Part shown: piece after piece, positions 34,709 to 49,880 of the stretch
Layout of the letters: each line of letters begins with the position of its first letter
How positions within the stretch are numbered: position 1 is the first letter of the stretch
Assembly (NCBI GenBank): GCA_051294375.1
Contig: CM119267.1
Span: forward strand, 5,461,386-5,525,385
Length of the DNA stretch: 64,000 bases
DNA from: Paraspadella gotoi
Lineage: Eukaryota; Animalia; Chaetognatha
Reading direction: 5' to 3'
Notes under the pieces: model-generated
The model's input: the letters and a program-made list of their open reading frames with translations, nothing else
Database searches by the model: none
Told to the model about the DNA's origin: nothing
Made by a program: the position numbers and the translations under genes

Positions 34709-36593
34709 AAAAAAAGAAGAGATTTAATTTGATACCACTCTCTGCTAGCCTTTTTCTTTCAGTTTTTATCTTTTTTCAACAGCGAGTACATCTTTGTTAA
34801 TAAAATTTTGGCAAAGCGGGAGTATCTCACTTATTTCTATTGATACAAATTTAAATTTTTAAATAACTTAAAGAAAATTTTTTTGTCATTTAAAAAGTTG
34901 AAATTTTTTTAAAATTGTTGGAAAAACATTTTTTCCGACCTTACTGTCATTGAGAATAATGGTTTTTGCATGAAATTAAAATATAAAAAAATAAAAAAAT
35001 AGCCTTAGAAAATTGAAAGGCTTGAGCCTGATTTTTTTAGACATTGTAAAATTTTTTTCCTCACTTCAAAATATTATTCTTCAGTTTCATATATTCTTTT
35101 TCAAAATATCACAATAATTTTTTTTATTAATTTAAAGATGTTTTATTCGAATGTGTTTTTGTTTGAAAGAATTGAAAAGTGAAAAATATAGTAATTATAT
35201 AAGGTTTTTGGATACCTTTAAATATTAGATATTAGATACAAGGGGAGTGAAGCAGAGAACTTCCATTCATAAAAATTGAAAAATAAATTTGTCATATTGT
35301 TATTTAGATAATTGATAATTTAAAACATATGATTATATAAATTGAGAAATGATGGTAATAAATATTCATCTTGGTCTGTTACTATTAAATATGTAAAAGT
35401 TTTGTTTTTTAATAAATTAATATTTTTTTTGCATTTATAAAGCAATGGTCTAAATTTTGTAAGGCGTTTTCGAGCTATATTGCTTTATACTTTTTTCCTA
35501 TTTTTGATCTATGTGTGTTAATGGTAGGGTTATGTCAGACAGTAATGTCTCAGTGTGTATATCGGCACATATTACAAAGTAATAATCAATTTAATTTGGT
35601 AGAAACAATTTTAAGATGCAATCAGACGTGACAGTCGCACGTTATTTTTCATTGTGTATAATATATTTTTTTTAAATTCCGAACGAATATTTTTTTTTTC
35701 ACAGTCAACCAAGCGATCCTTGGTTCTCCTTGCCTCGTTCGGCCGACAGGCGTCATCTGTTTACCGTACGTCCACACGATTGTTCTTTGTTTTTTTTCAT
35801 TCTCTCTCTCTCTCCTCTGTTCTCGTTCATTCTCCTCTCTCGTCTCATCTCTCTCTCTCTCTCCTCTCTCTCATCTCTCTTCTCTCTCTTTCTGTCTTCT
35901 CTCGTCTTTTTCCAGTTTTCTCACTTGTTTTTTTTCTCAATCGCGTTTGCGAGTCTTTTTATTCGCGTTCTTATGTGTGTGTTTGTTTTTGGTTTTTTTT
36001 TTTGCTCTGTTTTTTCCAAAACGTGAAAAGATAAAAAACAACAAACAACAAAAACGCTAATCTTTTTTGACTGCGAATGATGGTGACGCTACTTATCGTT
36101 TTTTCCGCTTTACACCGCAAAACGATTTTCGGCGTCGTCGTCGTCGTCGGTCGCGTATAGTCTCGTCGTCGCCGCGTCCCGCGGCGTCGTTTCGGCGTTG
36201 TTTTCGTCGGCGGCGCGTTTGATTGCAAAGTAGGCGTGATAGATCATCGACGAAATTGATTATGTTTCTGGCGACCGAGGTCGACCTTTTTTTAGTCACG
36301 TGACTCGTGTAAAGAAGATCAGTGATCCGGTCGTCACGAGGCACGCCCCCCCTTGTCAGGGGCCGGTCCAGGTTCCGTTGTCAGTTTTGCGAGCGTCGTT
36401 TGGCGGCGTCGCCCGTCCGCCATCTTTGTCCAAGGTTGTCACGCTCTTTGTTTCGTGACAGTCGTCGACGGGTCCGACGCCATGGTCGCGTCCGCGTCCG
36501 ATCGAAACGGCGTCGACCTTACAGCTCTGACCGGCGACCCTCTGGCTTGAGAGAGAGAAAGAGGGGGGAGAGAGAGAGAGAGAGAGAGAGGAG

Positions 36594-36649
<56 letters not shown>

Positions 36650-36771
36650 AAAAGAGAAAGAAGAAGAGAGATAGAGGAGGAGAAGAGAGAGGAGGAGAGA
36701 GAGAGAGAGAGGAGAGGAGGAGAGAGAGAGAGCGAGAGAGAGGGAGGAGAGGAGAGAAAAAGAAGAAAGCA

Positions 36772-36839
<68 letters not shown>

Positions 36840-37178
36840 GGAGAGGAAGAGAAAAAGGAAAGAAAAGAGAAGATAGAGAGAGAAAGAAAGAGAGAGAAAA
36901 CGAGAGATGAAAGAAAGAGAGAGAGATAGAAAGAAAGCAAAAGAGAAGAGAGAGAGAGAGCAGAGAGAGAGAGAGGAGAGAGGAGAGAGAGAGAGAGAGA
37001 GAGAGAGATGAGAGAGTTGATCGTCGAAAAATAAGAAATAGAAACGCAAAGAATTGGATTGAAGATATTTCCTTTTCTATTTTTTTTTTTCTTTTTTATT
37101 CCTTTTTGTCTCTATTTACATTGTTTTATTGTTATTTTTCTTATTTCTTCCCATTTTGCGCGCAGGGTCTGACGCACG

Positions 37179-40100
37179 ATGAGAGAAGACGAATCCGCGC
37201 CTCGTTTCGCTTCCTGCGAGGTGTTTCCCTGCTGGGTGCCGCGCGGGCGGCGTCGGATCGTCGCGCTACGGCGGGCGGCTGGCGTGGCGCGGTGCGCTTC
37301 CTGACGGCGAGAGTAGGTTTCCTCGGCGCGTCGCCTTTCGAAACCACGTGGTGGCGGTGCCTGTCGGGGTCGTCGCCAATTCGCGCTGTCTTCGGAAAGC
37401 CTGCATTGATCAAGACCGAGGTAGGCGTTGTTTTTGAGGAGATGGGTGGAAATGAGGGAAACTTTTTTTGTGTTCGATTAATTGAATTTTGGAATTTTTC
37501 TCTTGTAAAATATAGAATTGAGAAGTGTTTTTCAAGAGAAAAGTTTAGAAATGGTCACATAGTTAACGCAATTGCGAGAAAAAGGCCTTTTTAAGGGTAG
37601 TAGCAAAAGACAAGTGACAAAAGGTAAAGGTCAAGTCCATGAGAAGCGAATGGGTAAGTCTGGAGCGATTTTGGCGATATAAGGGAAGGAAGAACCGAAG
37701 CGGAGAACTTCGATGTTTTCTCAGTCGGAGAATCTTTTTTTATACTTTTCTCTCACTCTCTCTCTTTCTCTCTCTCTCTTCTCTCTTTCTCTTCTCACTC
37801 TCTATCTCACTGCTCTCTCTCTTCTCTCTCTCTCTCTTCTCCGCGTTAAAAATAAAAGTTCGATTATATTTTGAGGATGAGAAGTCTTGAGTGTTGAAAG
37901 GTTAGTCGAAGGTGTTGAAGCCCGTTGAATTCCACTCGAGTCAATAAGAGGATTTCGCGGCGGGGGGGGGGGCGGGAAGGCGAGGGGGGCGAGTGAGCAA
38001 AAAAAAAATTATTTTTATTTTGTTAGTGAAGAAATTGAAGAAATAGATGTACTAGATTTAGAATCGATCGATAAGGAAAAGTGGAAAAAATAAGCAGACA
38101 CGCGCTAAGAAAAAAAAAAAAGAATGAAAAAATAAGGAAATCGCCAAAGAGAGAAAAAACAAAAACAAATTGGAATTTGCAATGGCAGAATGGCGCGATT
38201 GTGAAAACAGATTTTTTCTCGACGTGGTTGAAGATTACGAAATCGAAGGCTCATTAAAAACCTTGTTGTTGTTTTTTTGTTTTGCGTGTTTGTAGTGTTT
38301 CTCTTCTTTTTCGCCGCCTTTGGCTTTTCGTTTTGCGTTTTCATCGCTCCTTTTGACAAAAGTTCATTTGAGGGAAATTGGAGATAAGTATCCGAGTAAT
38401 TTTCTTCGCGCTCTGTCGTGTCTTCCAGGTTAACATTGGAATAAAATATGAGGCGTTGAATAAAAGACGTCCGTCTTCGAAGGCTGGCGAAAAGAGAATG
38501 GTTTGAGAGTGGATTCTTTTTTTTGAGTGGCGAAGCTGTTACGTTATCTGGAAGAGGAAAGATTTAAATTGTTCTTCGTGTCGATTTTATCAATCAAGGA
38601 CAGAAGAGGACGTTTCGTCTCTTTGGAATACGCTCTCGACATCACCTTTCTTTCAAAGATACTCTTTGCTTCATTCTACGATGCAACGATCCGTCCGTTT
38701 GCAGTCAATTATGGTGCCTTAATGCCAGCACGGATACTCGACGTTGAAGGAAGAGTCTTCCTCGCCGAGGGGGTCGGAACTTTTTCATTCTTCCTCGCGA
38801 GAAATTACATAGGTTCATTTACTTGATTGAAATCGGAAAGAAAGGGAGGGAAAGGAAAGAGTGAGAGAGACGAGAGGAGAGAGAGAGAGAGAGAGAGAAG
38901 AGAGAGCAGGAGAGAAGAGAGAGAGGAGAGAGAAGAGAGAGAGAAAGAGAGACTTTTTCCTCGCAAATCTCTTTAGCATTGATATCGGCCAAAACGAGAG
39001 GCAGCTGAGGATTGCGCAAACAGAAGCGTAATCGAGTTTCGATGTGAAGCAAATTCGGGATTCAGCGCTAAAAACTTCTCTGTTTTATCTTTGCTTTTAT
39101 TGTTTGTTTTTTATAAAATTCTATGTTTTTTAAATTTTCGAATTTTTGTCTTTGAAGGCGGATAAAGATTACGACGGAAGTTCTATTTGTAATGAATATT
39201 TTATAAACCTGTTCACAATGGTTTTTCCTTGTTTTTAACTCTTTTATAATGTTTGAACTGAGTCTTGATGATTGATGCGTTATGAATATTTATAATTTAA
39301 ATAATATAATTTATAGAGATGTATAGATAGAGGGGAAAGAAGTTCAGAATTATATAGATATATAAAAATCATATTTCATATATATATAGAGAGAGTACGA
39401 CTGAAGATCGGTCATGCCTATAGCGGGGGTGAAGATGTTGCAATCCCAACTACAACACAAACTGTCCCAATGAGAAATATATGACATCGAAAAAACATAT
39501 TATTAAAGTTTCGATTAGTCTCTATAAATGGGTTATTTTTGAAAATCCGCATTGATCGAAAAAAGTTCAAAAAATGGTCCAGAAACAGTAACTTTTCCGT
39601 ACTAGTTAATATAAGAAGTTTATGTCACGAAGAGACGGAACGAATTTTTTTTGAAAGAATTTAAAATTCTTCGCGATGAAGATGTTGGAGAAAAAAAATT
39701 CGAAGTTTTGGGAAAAAGGTCATGTTTATGGTCTTGAAGAACACGAGAAATAAATTCCGAGAAAAAAAAAATTAAAAAAGGTTTATCTTTGAAGAAGAGT
39801 CGGAACTCGGAAGCCCGAAAATGCGTTGAAAGAAATTCGAGGCAAAAAAGTAGTTGGAAGGAAGAGGTCGAGGCTCAATAGAGGCTCTACTAGAGGCTAC
39901 TAGAGGCTCTACTAGAGGCCCCTACTAGAGGCTCTCACTAGAGGCCTACTAGAGGCTCTACTAGAGCTCTACTGAGGCCCTATAGCAGGCTCTACTAGAG
40001 GCTCTACTCAGTAGGCTTTACTAGAGGTCTACTAGAGGCCCTTCTAGAGGCCTACTAGAGGCTCTACTAGAGGCCTCTACTAGAGGCTCTCTAGAGGCCC

Positions 40101-41897
40101 TTTCTAGAGTGCTCTACTAGAGACTCATCCTAGAGGCCTACTAGAGGCTCTACTAGAGGCCTCTAACTGAGGTCTAAACTACTACTCTAGTCTAAATCAA
40201 TGTTGTAAGAAGCCTCTCTCATCCAAAACATTTAAAAAAAAGAACGGTCGTAATTCGCAATGTGTTGCGCCGCAGTGACTTATTTTTACGTGTATTTCCC
40301 TTGACAAATGATATGACATGACGATTGCAAGTTATGAGGCATTTTTAACGTAAGTGGGATGAACGAGGAACGACCGACCGACCGAAGACCGTCCGAACTA
40401 ACGTGACTTATAGAGTAGCTGCGCGAGTATTGCTGCGCAAATAAAAAAAGGTGAAAACCGCAAAACAAAGAATCTAAATAGGAATAAAATAGAAATAAAA
40501 GAAGCTCCTATTATTTAGATTAAAATGAAAGATAATCTTGGAAAGCGTCACAAAGCGCGTTTGAAAGAAGCTCCACTGCTCTCTCTCTCTCTTGGCTGAA
40601 CGCAGTCTCCTCTTAGCCGCGGGTCGGAGGGGTCGCCGCGTTCTCTCGCAGACCGACGAAGCCTCGACTTTTAATGCGCAGAGTTTGTTTTTTGGGGGCG
40701 GGGGATTTCCCTGGGGGGGGGAGGGAATGCGGTGGTGGGGAAGGGAAAAAAGTGTGATGCGATTGGTAAGTGAGAAGAAGGAGAGGAAGAGATGAGAACG
40801 TCGAAAGAAGGTGGGAGGGGAAGGTGGAGGGGGTGGAGGGGTAGAGTCTTCGCTTCGGGGTTAAGATTGAATGGGCGGAAAAAAAAAAGGTAGGGGGAAA
40901 CTTCGGATGGGGGGGGAGAGACGAGTTTTTTTTCGAGGGGAAGGCTAAGACGATGGGAGAAAAAAGGCGCGGGCGGCTCGTTTTCCTTCTCGACCTAAGG
41001 GAGACCCGATACGAGGGCCTTTTCGATGCTTCACGAAAACTCGAGAGTGGAGAGAATGCGGCCCGTGGGGGGAAGGGGGGAAGGGCGGAAAGGGGGAAGG
41101 GCGGGAAGGGGGGGAAAGGGGGAAAGGGAAAGAGGGATTTGTTTTTTTTTTTTTTTAAGTTAAAATTTGGTAAAAAAATTTTTGGTTTCACGACGAACAG
41201 GAATTGAAGAGAAAAAAAAAACTTTACTCGGCCGAGAATTTTTTTGTTTTGTATTCGTGAAATAAATGAGGTATGGTTGTAACTTTAAACTAACTATAAG
41301 TTAAAACATGAAACAGAACATTTAAAATTCCATGGCTGGTCAGAATGGACTGAAGAAGGGACGCAAAGACGAAAAAGCCTTCAAAGGACGGCCATTAATC
41401 GGCGTGCAAATGAACGAGAGAGGAATCATCATATTCAATGTGTGTTTTTTTTAAAGAAAATTAATTATTGAATTCGTCATCGCTGAATTTATTCGACGAT
41501 CGAAAATCTAAGGCAAATCGTTTTTTGGTCGTTTTAAAATCGTTTACCCGTGGACGTGCTTCGGCGCAGAGGTGGAATGTGGTGCTGCAACTTATATATT
41601 AAGAAGAAAACGGGTCTGATGGAATCGAGATACCGCTTGACTTGGGCAATTTAGTAGGGGGAAACCACGGATTTAAACTTTCTAATCTTCGTGTTCGAAA
41701 TTATTTTATCATTAATAATTAAATCATATAATTAATTAATTATTAATTAATTATAATTAATTAATGAAAAAATCTTAATTGCTCAACGGACGGGCGATGA
41801 CGTAATTTCAACTCTTGGCTTCTACTTTTGGTTCCGATGGTGATCAATCGCCGTTTTAGATACTCGGCTGATACCAGTGTGTGGACAGAAGGAAGAA

Positions 41898-41928
<31 letters not shown>

Positions 41929-41935
41929 GAGAGAG

Positions 41936-41968
<33 letters not shown>

Positions 41969-43429
41969 AAGATTAAGCACCTACTTAATTCGGATTTCGC
42001 GACACCACTTTGGAACTCTGTCCGCAATTATTAGCGGCAACGAACAGCGTTCCCCGCGGCTCCGCTCCGCGAGGCGAGCAGTCCTAAGTCCGAACCCAAG
42101 GTGACCCCCCTTCCTACTTTCCTTCTTTCTTTAAAAACCTTGCCGCAAGACGGAAAAATCTCCCCTTTCCCGAAAAAAAAAAAAAAAAAACCTAAAAAAC
42201 TCCGCACCGTGCGAGGCGGGAAATGCTCTTTTGGACGTGCGGTGCCAGTCTTCCCTCTCGACCGCAACTGGGACGCTCTTCACATCTCAAACGGAGATTT
42301 TCGCCGCCGGGAATTCGAACGGTGCCTTGCGACCTTCAGCCCTCCTTTTCTCCTGGGGGTCTGCTGCCCCCCCCCAAACCACATCGAACGGAACTCGAGG
42401 GCTCGGCGCACCTTTTGAAAGAGAGAGAGGGCGTTGGGAGAAGAAGCGCGCTGACGTCGACATCGGACGCGGCGTGACAAAATAGACCCGGACTGGAAAA
42501 TCTGGGACGGACGCGAGGGCCAAAAATAGGGGGCGTGGTAAAAAAAAAAGGGGCCGCCGGAGCAAGGGGGGGAATGTGGGCTGGGCGAAGCCGGGACGCC
42601 TTCCATGCAAACCGAGGCGTCAAAGACCGGGCGTCAAAGACCAGTCACGCGCGGACGTGAAGGATCCCAGATCGCGTCGGGCAATGACGCCGAATCTCGA
42701 TTCTGGTGGAGACGCAGCGTTGGGCCGAAAGTCGTCCGTGGACGCCGAAAAGAAATGAGGGGCGAGAGAGACGGTTGTATACTTGGGAGCGAGGAAGTTT
42801 ATTGGGCAAAAAAGTAGAAAAAAAAAAACAGATTTAAGATTAAGAGATAAAAGAGTAAGGATTAAAGAAAACAAAAATTATCACACGATTATGACATCGA
42901 TTTTTTTTGTCAAAACGAAGCAGTTTTTCTTTACTTATTAATCGATACATAGTAAAGACATGAGAAGAATTGGTAGTATTTATTAATGCCTTGTTAAACC
43001 CAACAGATGATGAGCTTATCTCACGACTCAACAATTAGGAGAAGTATTCAGACGTTATTCAGTGGAGGCTTTCGGAAGTGAGAGGGAAAACTAACTCTTT
43101 TTAACAGTTTAAATATTTTTTCCATCTTCGCGTGCATTAGTCACTGCCTCTCAGTCCTTCTGCCATCGCCCTTCAGTTGGGTTATTAAACGAAATACGGG
43201 GGAAAAAACGATAAAAAAATAAATAAAACAAAATAAATGGCGGAGAGATTCGATGACGCGAGAAGCACGAAACGACGAGCGATGGAACGCGTGGATGTGA
43301 GGCGATTTAAAAAGAGAAGAAAAAGAAGTAAACAAAGAAGGTTAAGGTGAAGATGATTTCAAAAGAGAAGAAACATCCAGTTCGCGAACTGGTCCGCGGG
43401 TGGAGGAGGAAGAGAGAGAGAGAGTAGAG

Positions 43430-43462
<33 letters not shown>

Positions 43463-44254
43463 TGAGAGAGATGGGAGAGAGAGAGAGAGGGAAGAGAAGG
43501 TCGCTGATTTTTGACGAGACGTAAAAACTCTGCCACGCCCATACCCGATTCCGCCGACTGAAAACGGAATCGTGGAACTGGAATTAGATTCGTCGAAGGA
43601 AAAAAATCGGCGAAGGAAACAACGGGGGGTCCGATTTCCTCCAGCGGGATCTGCACCGACAACCGCCCGCCCCGCGCCGCCGCCTCTTCTATTTCGTCTT
43701 ACTCCTCAACCCCATTTCATCCAAACCAGACACTCCAAGTCGATGACGATGACGATGATGATGATGTGAGATGATGATGAATGATGGATGATGATGATGG
43801 ATGATGATAATGATGATGATGATGATGATGTTGATGATGATGATGATAACTCTTGGCTGCCTCATTCGCAAGCGGATTCTACGAACCTGACTCAAACTTC
43901 TCCTCGAAACACTGCGCTTGGCCTTCTCCAACCGCCAGTGACTGTGAGAGTTCATTTGCCGCTGGTCCCACTCTGACCAGAGTGAACGCTTTCGACCGCG
44001 ACGACGCCTCAGCGGTCACCACTCTGCCGTCCTCCAGACGGTCCGCCCTCTCTCGTTGCCGAAACCTTTGGTGCGAAATAAAAGAAGGATTTCGTCGGAT
44101 TTTTTGCCCCCAACGAGTCTTATTCCGGACGCGGCGGACGGCCGCCAGCAGCCGCCGCTCTCGACGGGGCACGCCGCCGCGCCCGCAGTACGCCGCGGGC
44201 GCCGCAGTCGCCGACGATGCTCCCGCAGTCGCCGCGCCGTGTTTGGGGTCGTAA
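37179..44254 (+). CDS. IgSF gene, copy 2 (same sequence as copy 1)
   Basis: Same sequence and ORFs as 23624-30699 at offset 13555. Confidence 0.5.
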
Positions 44255-44631
44255 ATGCAAATTTTACGACAGATCGAAGTATCTAACTACGGGGCCAAAA
44301 TTGACGTGTCGCCGACGACGAGACGACGACGAGAGACAGACGACGAACGACGAACGTTTTCGATTCGACGCCAAGCGGAGAGAGAGTTAATAGTACTTGC
44401 AACTAAGACAAACATACTTATAGAAGGACTGTTTTATTTACATTAAATAAACTTAGAACTCATAAGATCTGCTAGACGAGTACAATAATTTTCTTTTAAC
44501 AAATGGCAGCGCACAAAATTGCATTAAAGTAATAGTATAGTACTCGGTACTACTACTGTATGAAAGATAACCACAATATGTAATGAAAAATAGGATGATT
44601 TGTCTGAATGTTGAAAAAACTTTTTAGACGC

Positions 44632-44673
<42 letters not shown>

Positions 44674-45420
44674 AAGAGCAGAGAGAGAGAGAGAGAGAGA
44701 GAGAGCAGAGAGAGAAAGAAGAGAGAGGAAGAGAGAACTAATGACAGAGAGACAGAGACAGCCTTACACTTTTTCATTTTTGTCTTGATTTTTATAAATT
44801 ACAATTTAGAAGCAAATTGGAAAAAACCAAATTATTAAATGGCGATTAAGATATGGAAAAAACAGATTCAAGGTGAAAATGCATGAACTATTTCTCAAAA
44901 TGCTCCGAAATGCGTTTCACCGATTGATAACGATATTAAAGAAAAAGACGACAAATGAACCCACGTGGTCTTCCAGCGCCCTTGCGTGTGATCCTTTCAT
45001 TCCTCCTTGCGCCCTTTTTCTCTCTCCGATGTCGCCGATACAGAGACAGGAATAAATGGAACAAAGACGACGGCGACGCTGACGTTGCAGAATAGTAGAG
45101 AGATAGATGAGATGAAGAGAGAGGAGACGAGATGATGAGAGAGAAGAGAGAGCGAGAGATGAATTTCCTGGGTTCAAGGACATCAGCCTCATTTGGCTTC
45201 AGTTTATGGCTTTCTCCTGCGGTTGCTTTGAACCTCAGACTATTTCTTTAGGATGGAAGAAGGAGAAAAAAAAAAGAAAGTTTGGGGCGGAAAAGACGCT
45301 CAATATCGAAAAAACAAAGTGGATTTAAAGGAAAAATATTGTTATGATTCTTCTTTTCGTTGTGTTTGGTATTAGGAAAAACAGTTTTAAGGTTCACAAC
45401 GATTTATTATTGGATATAAG

Positions 45421-45463
45421 TCGGACAAAGTTTCAACCTCTTTATTAAGAGTCTCTTCAGCGA
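45421..45463 (-). ncRNA. Hammerhead ribozyme motif (duplicate of 31839-31881)
   Basis: Identical sequence. Confidence 0.65.
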
Positions 45464-46837
45464 TTTTTTAATATCAACAATTCTCTCTTTAACATTAGCT
45501 TTGAGAGTGGAGAAGCTAATGTTAAAGAGAAAAATTGTATTGATCTATTAAAGGGGACCCAGTGATAAAAGTGATTATCTATAAAGCTTAGGGTCTATCA
45601 TCAAAGGAATTTGAAAGGTGATAGTTCAATTATTTTTTCTTTGCACGGGAAAGTGGCAAAAAATTCCATCCTCTTATTGTAGCGGAAACAAAAATTAATA
45701 ATTATGAAAAAAACATTTAGTTGACCTACCTAAATATTATATAATCCATTCTTTTATTTTTGCATTAGAAAGTAATTTTTTTACAAAATTCCAATTTTTT
45801 ATTTTTTACTGTAAAAAGCTATAATTTTAAGGTTTAAGCCTCATTGAACAAAGGTTTACAAGACTATATTTTTATATTTTATATTTATTTAAAAAGCACA
45901 AAAATCAAACTAAATTCCTATTCTTACAAGAAACAAAACTGTAATAATTATTAATTATATTCATATTCAATTCCCTTAATGATTATTAAACTATATTGAT
46001 TCCTAATTATAATAATTAAAAATTTAGCAAAAATAAAGAATCTTCTCTTCTTTTATATTTATATTACTTAAAGATTTTATTTTCATCAAATTAACAGAAT
46101 CAATTTGGAAAAGGAAAGTTAAAATAAAATCAGTCGTACCTTAAATTTGGATTCATTCCTAGTTTTTTTTCTTATAAATTTTTTGATAAAGCTGAAAATC
46201 TTTTTAAAATTAGATCTTACGCCTTTTTGAGAAAAAATTTTTAAAACTTGAAAAAAGAATTTTCTTCTTACACCGATTTTTTTAAAGAAAATTAAGTCGA
46301 CTGATTTTATCGAATTTTTTAACTTACTTTTCCAAATGAATTAAAGAAGAAATAATATGGTCAAGACCAACTTAAGTTAAAGGGTCAAACATTATGTTTT
46401 CAAGCTTTTTTACCCCCTGTTTCACATTGGGTCCCCTTAAAATCGTGAACGAAGATCTATAAAGAGTTGAAAACTTGTCCGAACTTATATCCAATAATAA
46501 ATCCGTGTTGACCTTAAACTGTTTTTCTAAGGAAAAATATTAAATTCAATAGATGGATTGGAAGAAAATCAAGTTTTATACTTATGCACCGACAAATATA
46601 GTTATTTTAACAAAAAATATTAAATACATATATATATGGAACTAAGAGTAATTTGATTCTTGTCCTTAAACCTATATTATTGGACCCTGCTAAAAGATAA
46701 TATCGAACAGAGGATCGTCATTGCTCGAATCGTNNNNNNNNNNNNNNNNNNNNNNNNNACAAAAAATAATTATATAAAGTACACTATTATATATGCCGGG
46801 AATCTAAGAGTAATTTGATTCTTGTCTTATACCTATA

Positions 46838-49800
46838 TGTCAGAATATTAAAGAGTTGTTGTTTTCGTTTCGGCCTCGGTTCTTTATTTACAAAGTATTG
46901 GCCTTTCGCTGAATTGTAAACAAAACGTCTTTTAGTTTCGTCGATCGCTTGTATTTTCGTTCAGTCGTTGATTTTGGCCGTCGTTAACAATTTGTAATTC
47001 GCTTCCCGCTTTATTTTCGTTGGGTTTCACGTTATTTAATATTAATCATAATGAATACTCAATCCTTCTTTTAATATTATTAGGCTAATACGCCAGTTCG
47101 TCAATTATTACAGGAGTTGTAATAAAGACGACTATGGTGGCCTATCGCGCTCGTTGTTCGCGTTCCCCACGTCTCTTGTTGACTACTGCTGACCTTAAGT
47201 GGCGGATGTTGGTGCGAGTTTGTTCTATGCAGGGCTAATTATGCGCTTCATATTGATACGGTAATTAAGATTAAGATATAAGTTTATCTAATGGGGGTTG
47301 TTTAATTTCCACTCTCCTTCACATCCGCGTGGGTGGCATGCTTTATAAGCTAGGCATATTTGACGGCGGTCCTTGTCACCTGCAAGCTGTCGGTGCGGGA
47401 GCCTGGCTTACTTGGGCTTGTTCGCGTAGGCCGTCTGCCGGAGTAGACGTGCCAAAGAACCCCGGCCTCAGCGCTTGAGCTCTATAACTCCGTCTGCACA
47501 GTAGACGCAAAAAACTCGGCTGCTCAGCGTTTGAGCCTTTTCATTAAACTGCCGTCCTTGGCGACGTAAAACGGCAAACAAAGTCCTCCGTTAAAGAATT
47601 ACATGAATAATATGGAATTCGTCCACATGAGCGTTCGAACCTTTTTTTTTTGCGCCACTTTTACCGCATGTTGTCGCTTTAATACATAAATTCGTTTTCG
47701 CTTCCTTGCATTTGCCATGCCCAAATTTCTCTTGACGGAGCCCAATTAAGCTGCGGACCATTGCTCTCTGGCAATGTGACGGTGATGCCCATTTAAGCTG
47801 GGACCATTTGCCTCTTGCAATGTCGGAAGGCCCATTAAGGCTTGGGATGAGCGTTTAAGATTGCCTCTTTTGAGTGATTTAGAAACTAATTAGATTGGCG
47901 AGTGTCAATACTATATAGAGTATTGCGGTGACCGCGTTTCTCTGTTTTCTTTTCTAGGGGTTTTCATACCAATTTAAGAATAGTTCCGTTTGTGTGAGTT
48001 TACGGGCGGGACTTATAAATTTGGGTATTTCTTATTAAATACCATATTTTATTTTACGAGTTATTTTTGCGTTCTCAATATCGCTATTTCATCGGCCGCG
48101 GAAATTTGGATATGTATTCTTACTTGCCCGCGGCGAGCGACGACCTACATGATACTCGCAATTTCAACAAATAAAAATAATCGAATTTTACTATTTACGC
48201 GCGTATTAAATGTCGTCTTTTACGTGGATTTTTTAAATTTTATATGTCATTTTTTTTTCATCATACTGAATTTCTTCGTCGTAATTTTGATATGTTTCGA
48301 AGTTATTTCGATATTTTATTTTTCTTCGTATCAATAATCTGCGCCGTTGTCATTTGTCTTATTTTGTGTTTGGCTGTTTTAGCGCGCCCTAAATTCTGTC
48401 TGCGACATCTCGCGCGACTGAGAACGGTGGAAATTATTATTTTCGGAAAAATCTAACATAGGACAAAAAGAGTCATGCGTTCGTTTCTTGTATTTTTCTC
48501 TCTATTTTTAAATTAATTTTGGAATTGAAGAAAAAAAAAATTTTTCAATTCTTCTACACTTTATCATTTGCTTCTTGTCATGTTTGCTTCGACACGTTCA
48601 TCTGAACATACAACTATCTTTCGGATTATGCTCGGCCATGGGCCAAATTTTTTGCCTGGAAAAGGACCATTTTTGTGCGTTTCTGCGGAGTACGCAACTT
48701 TTACGACCGGCCGCTGCGGGTCAGATCGGGTGCCGCGGTTCCGGATCCCCAAACAATTTGCTGGGCGACGTTGACGCCGTTGCGGCCGCGCGCGAACATG
48801 TGATAATTGCAGGAAAGCATTTACTATGGCTTCGTGCAAAGGATGGCGGTCTCTTCCTGGCCGATTCCTGGAACTAAAAAAATAGTCATTTTTCGAGATG
48901 GCCCAAAACCGCTCATGGGCATTGGTGGTGGAGCGACGTATGCGGCGGTACGCGTGGAGATGGCCGTGCTAGCTCACCGCGGAGCGCCCATCATGGGATG
49001 AACTCCGCCATCACTGGAAATTCGTGGAGGTTTTTTCCACTGTATCCCATGGTGCGTGCCCAGTGCACGCGAACGGCCACGGCGATACCTGGATTTGAAA
49101 GCGCCGGCGGTCGTATTGATCCACACCCGGATACTGACCATTTGCAACGGCATCCATGTCTGAAAGAGACCCTGGAGCGTCTCATCCATTCCCCGCGGAG
49201 CGGCGACTGTGCCATCATCTGTTACCTATCCATGGAGTTTCTTTCCCTGCTGCGGGCGTTCCACAGGCCGGAACGCCGCTTTTGGAACGCCTACACGTTC
49301 ATCGACGACCTTAAGTTGCACGTTCTGGGGGTTCCCCCGATGAAGAGAATTGGGACGTACGAATAAACAGTTTGGACCCGTTCGGCGCGGAGTAGACACT
49401 TGTTGTGCGTGTTGGACTATTTCGAATATGTTTATTTCCCCGACCATATTATTTATCCTCATGGTATTGATTATTTTTAGAATTTGTTTATTTTTATGTG
49501 CTATGTTTGTTCTAATAATTTATTTTTACTCATAATGCAGCTATTTATATGTTTAACCGTATATCTATGTCTCTGCATTTATTCAAGGGCTTTATCAGTT
49601 TTATTTTTACATTACGATCGCCTTCGATTCGATCTGCTGCGATTCTGTTTTGGACTTTTCGCAACTTTCTTATGAGCACCTCGACGACTGCTGACATCTA
49701 AGCTCAAGCCGGCGCTTCGATTCTCCGATTGTTTCCTCGTCGTAGGAGGGGGAGACGTCTCCGATCCGTTTTCATCCTCCTCCGTCGACCCTCGCCTCTA

Positions 49801-49880
49801 TTTAACAAAATTCAGTTTCCAATGTTGCTTATTTGTTTTTTGACCAATGTGTATAATTTAAGTATCTCCTCCTCCCTTTT
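46838..49880. mobile_element. Unclassified insertion starting with TGTCAG (possibly LTR-element derived)
   Basis: 46759-46837 repeats the host sequence up to ...cctata, where copies 1/2 continue ttattgg but here TGTCAGAAT begins; lacks GA microsatellites; internal short repeats at 47465-47540 and 47738-47850. Confidence 0.4.
48575..49366 (+). pseudogene. ~263-codon frame interrupted by one TAA, unknown product
   Basis: ORFs 48575-48877 and 48998-49366 share a frame, with only TAA 48875-48877 between them; GC-rich island in AT-rich flanks. Confidence 0.3.

Larger units (their letters stand above)
34709..46733 (+). repeat. Segmental copy 2 (near-exact duplicate of 21154-33152)
   Basis: Appears identical, including apparent errors, except ~44690-45330; ends at a 25-N gap. 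Confidence 0.95.
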
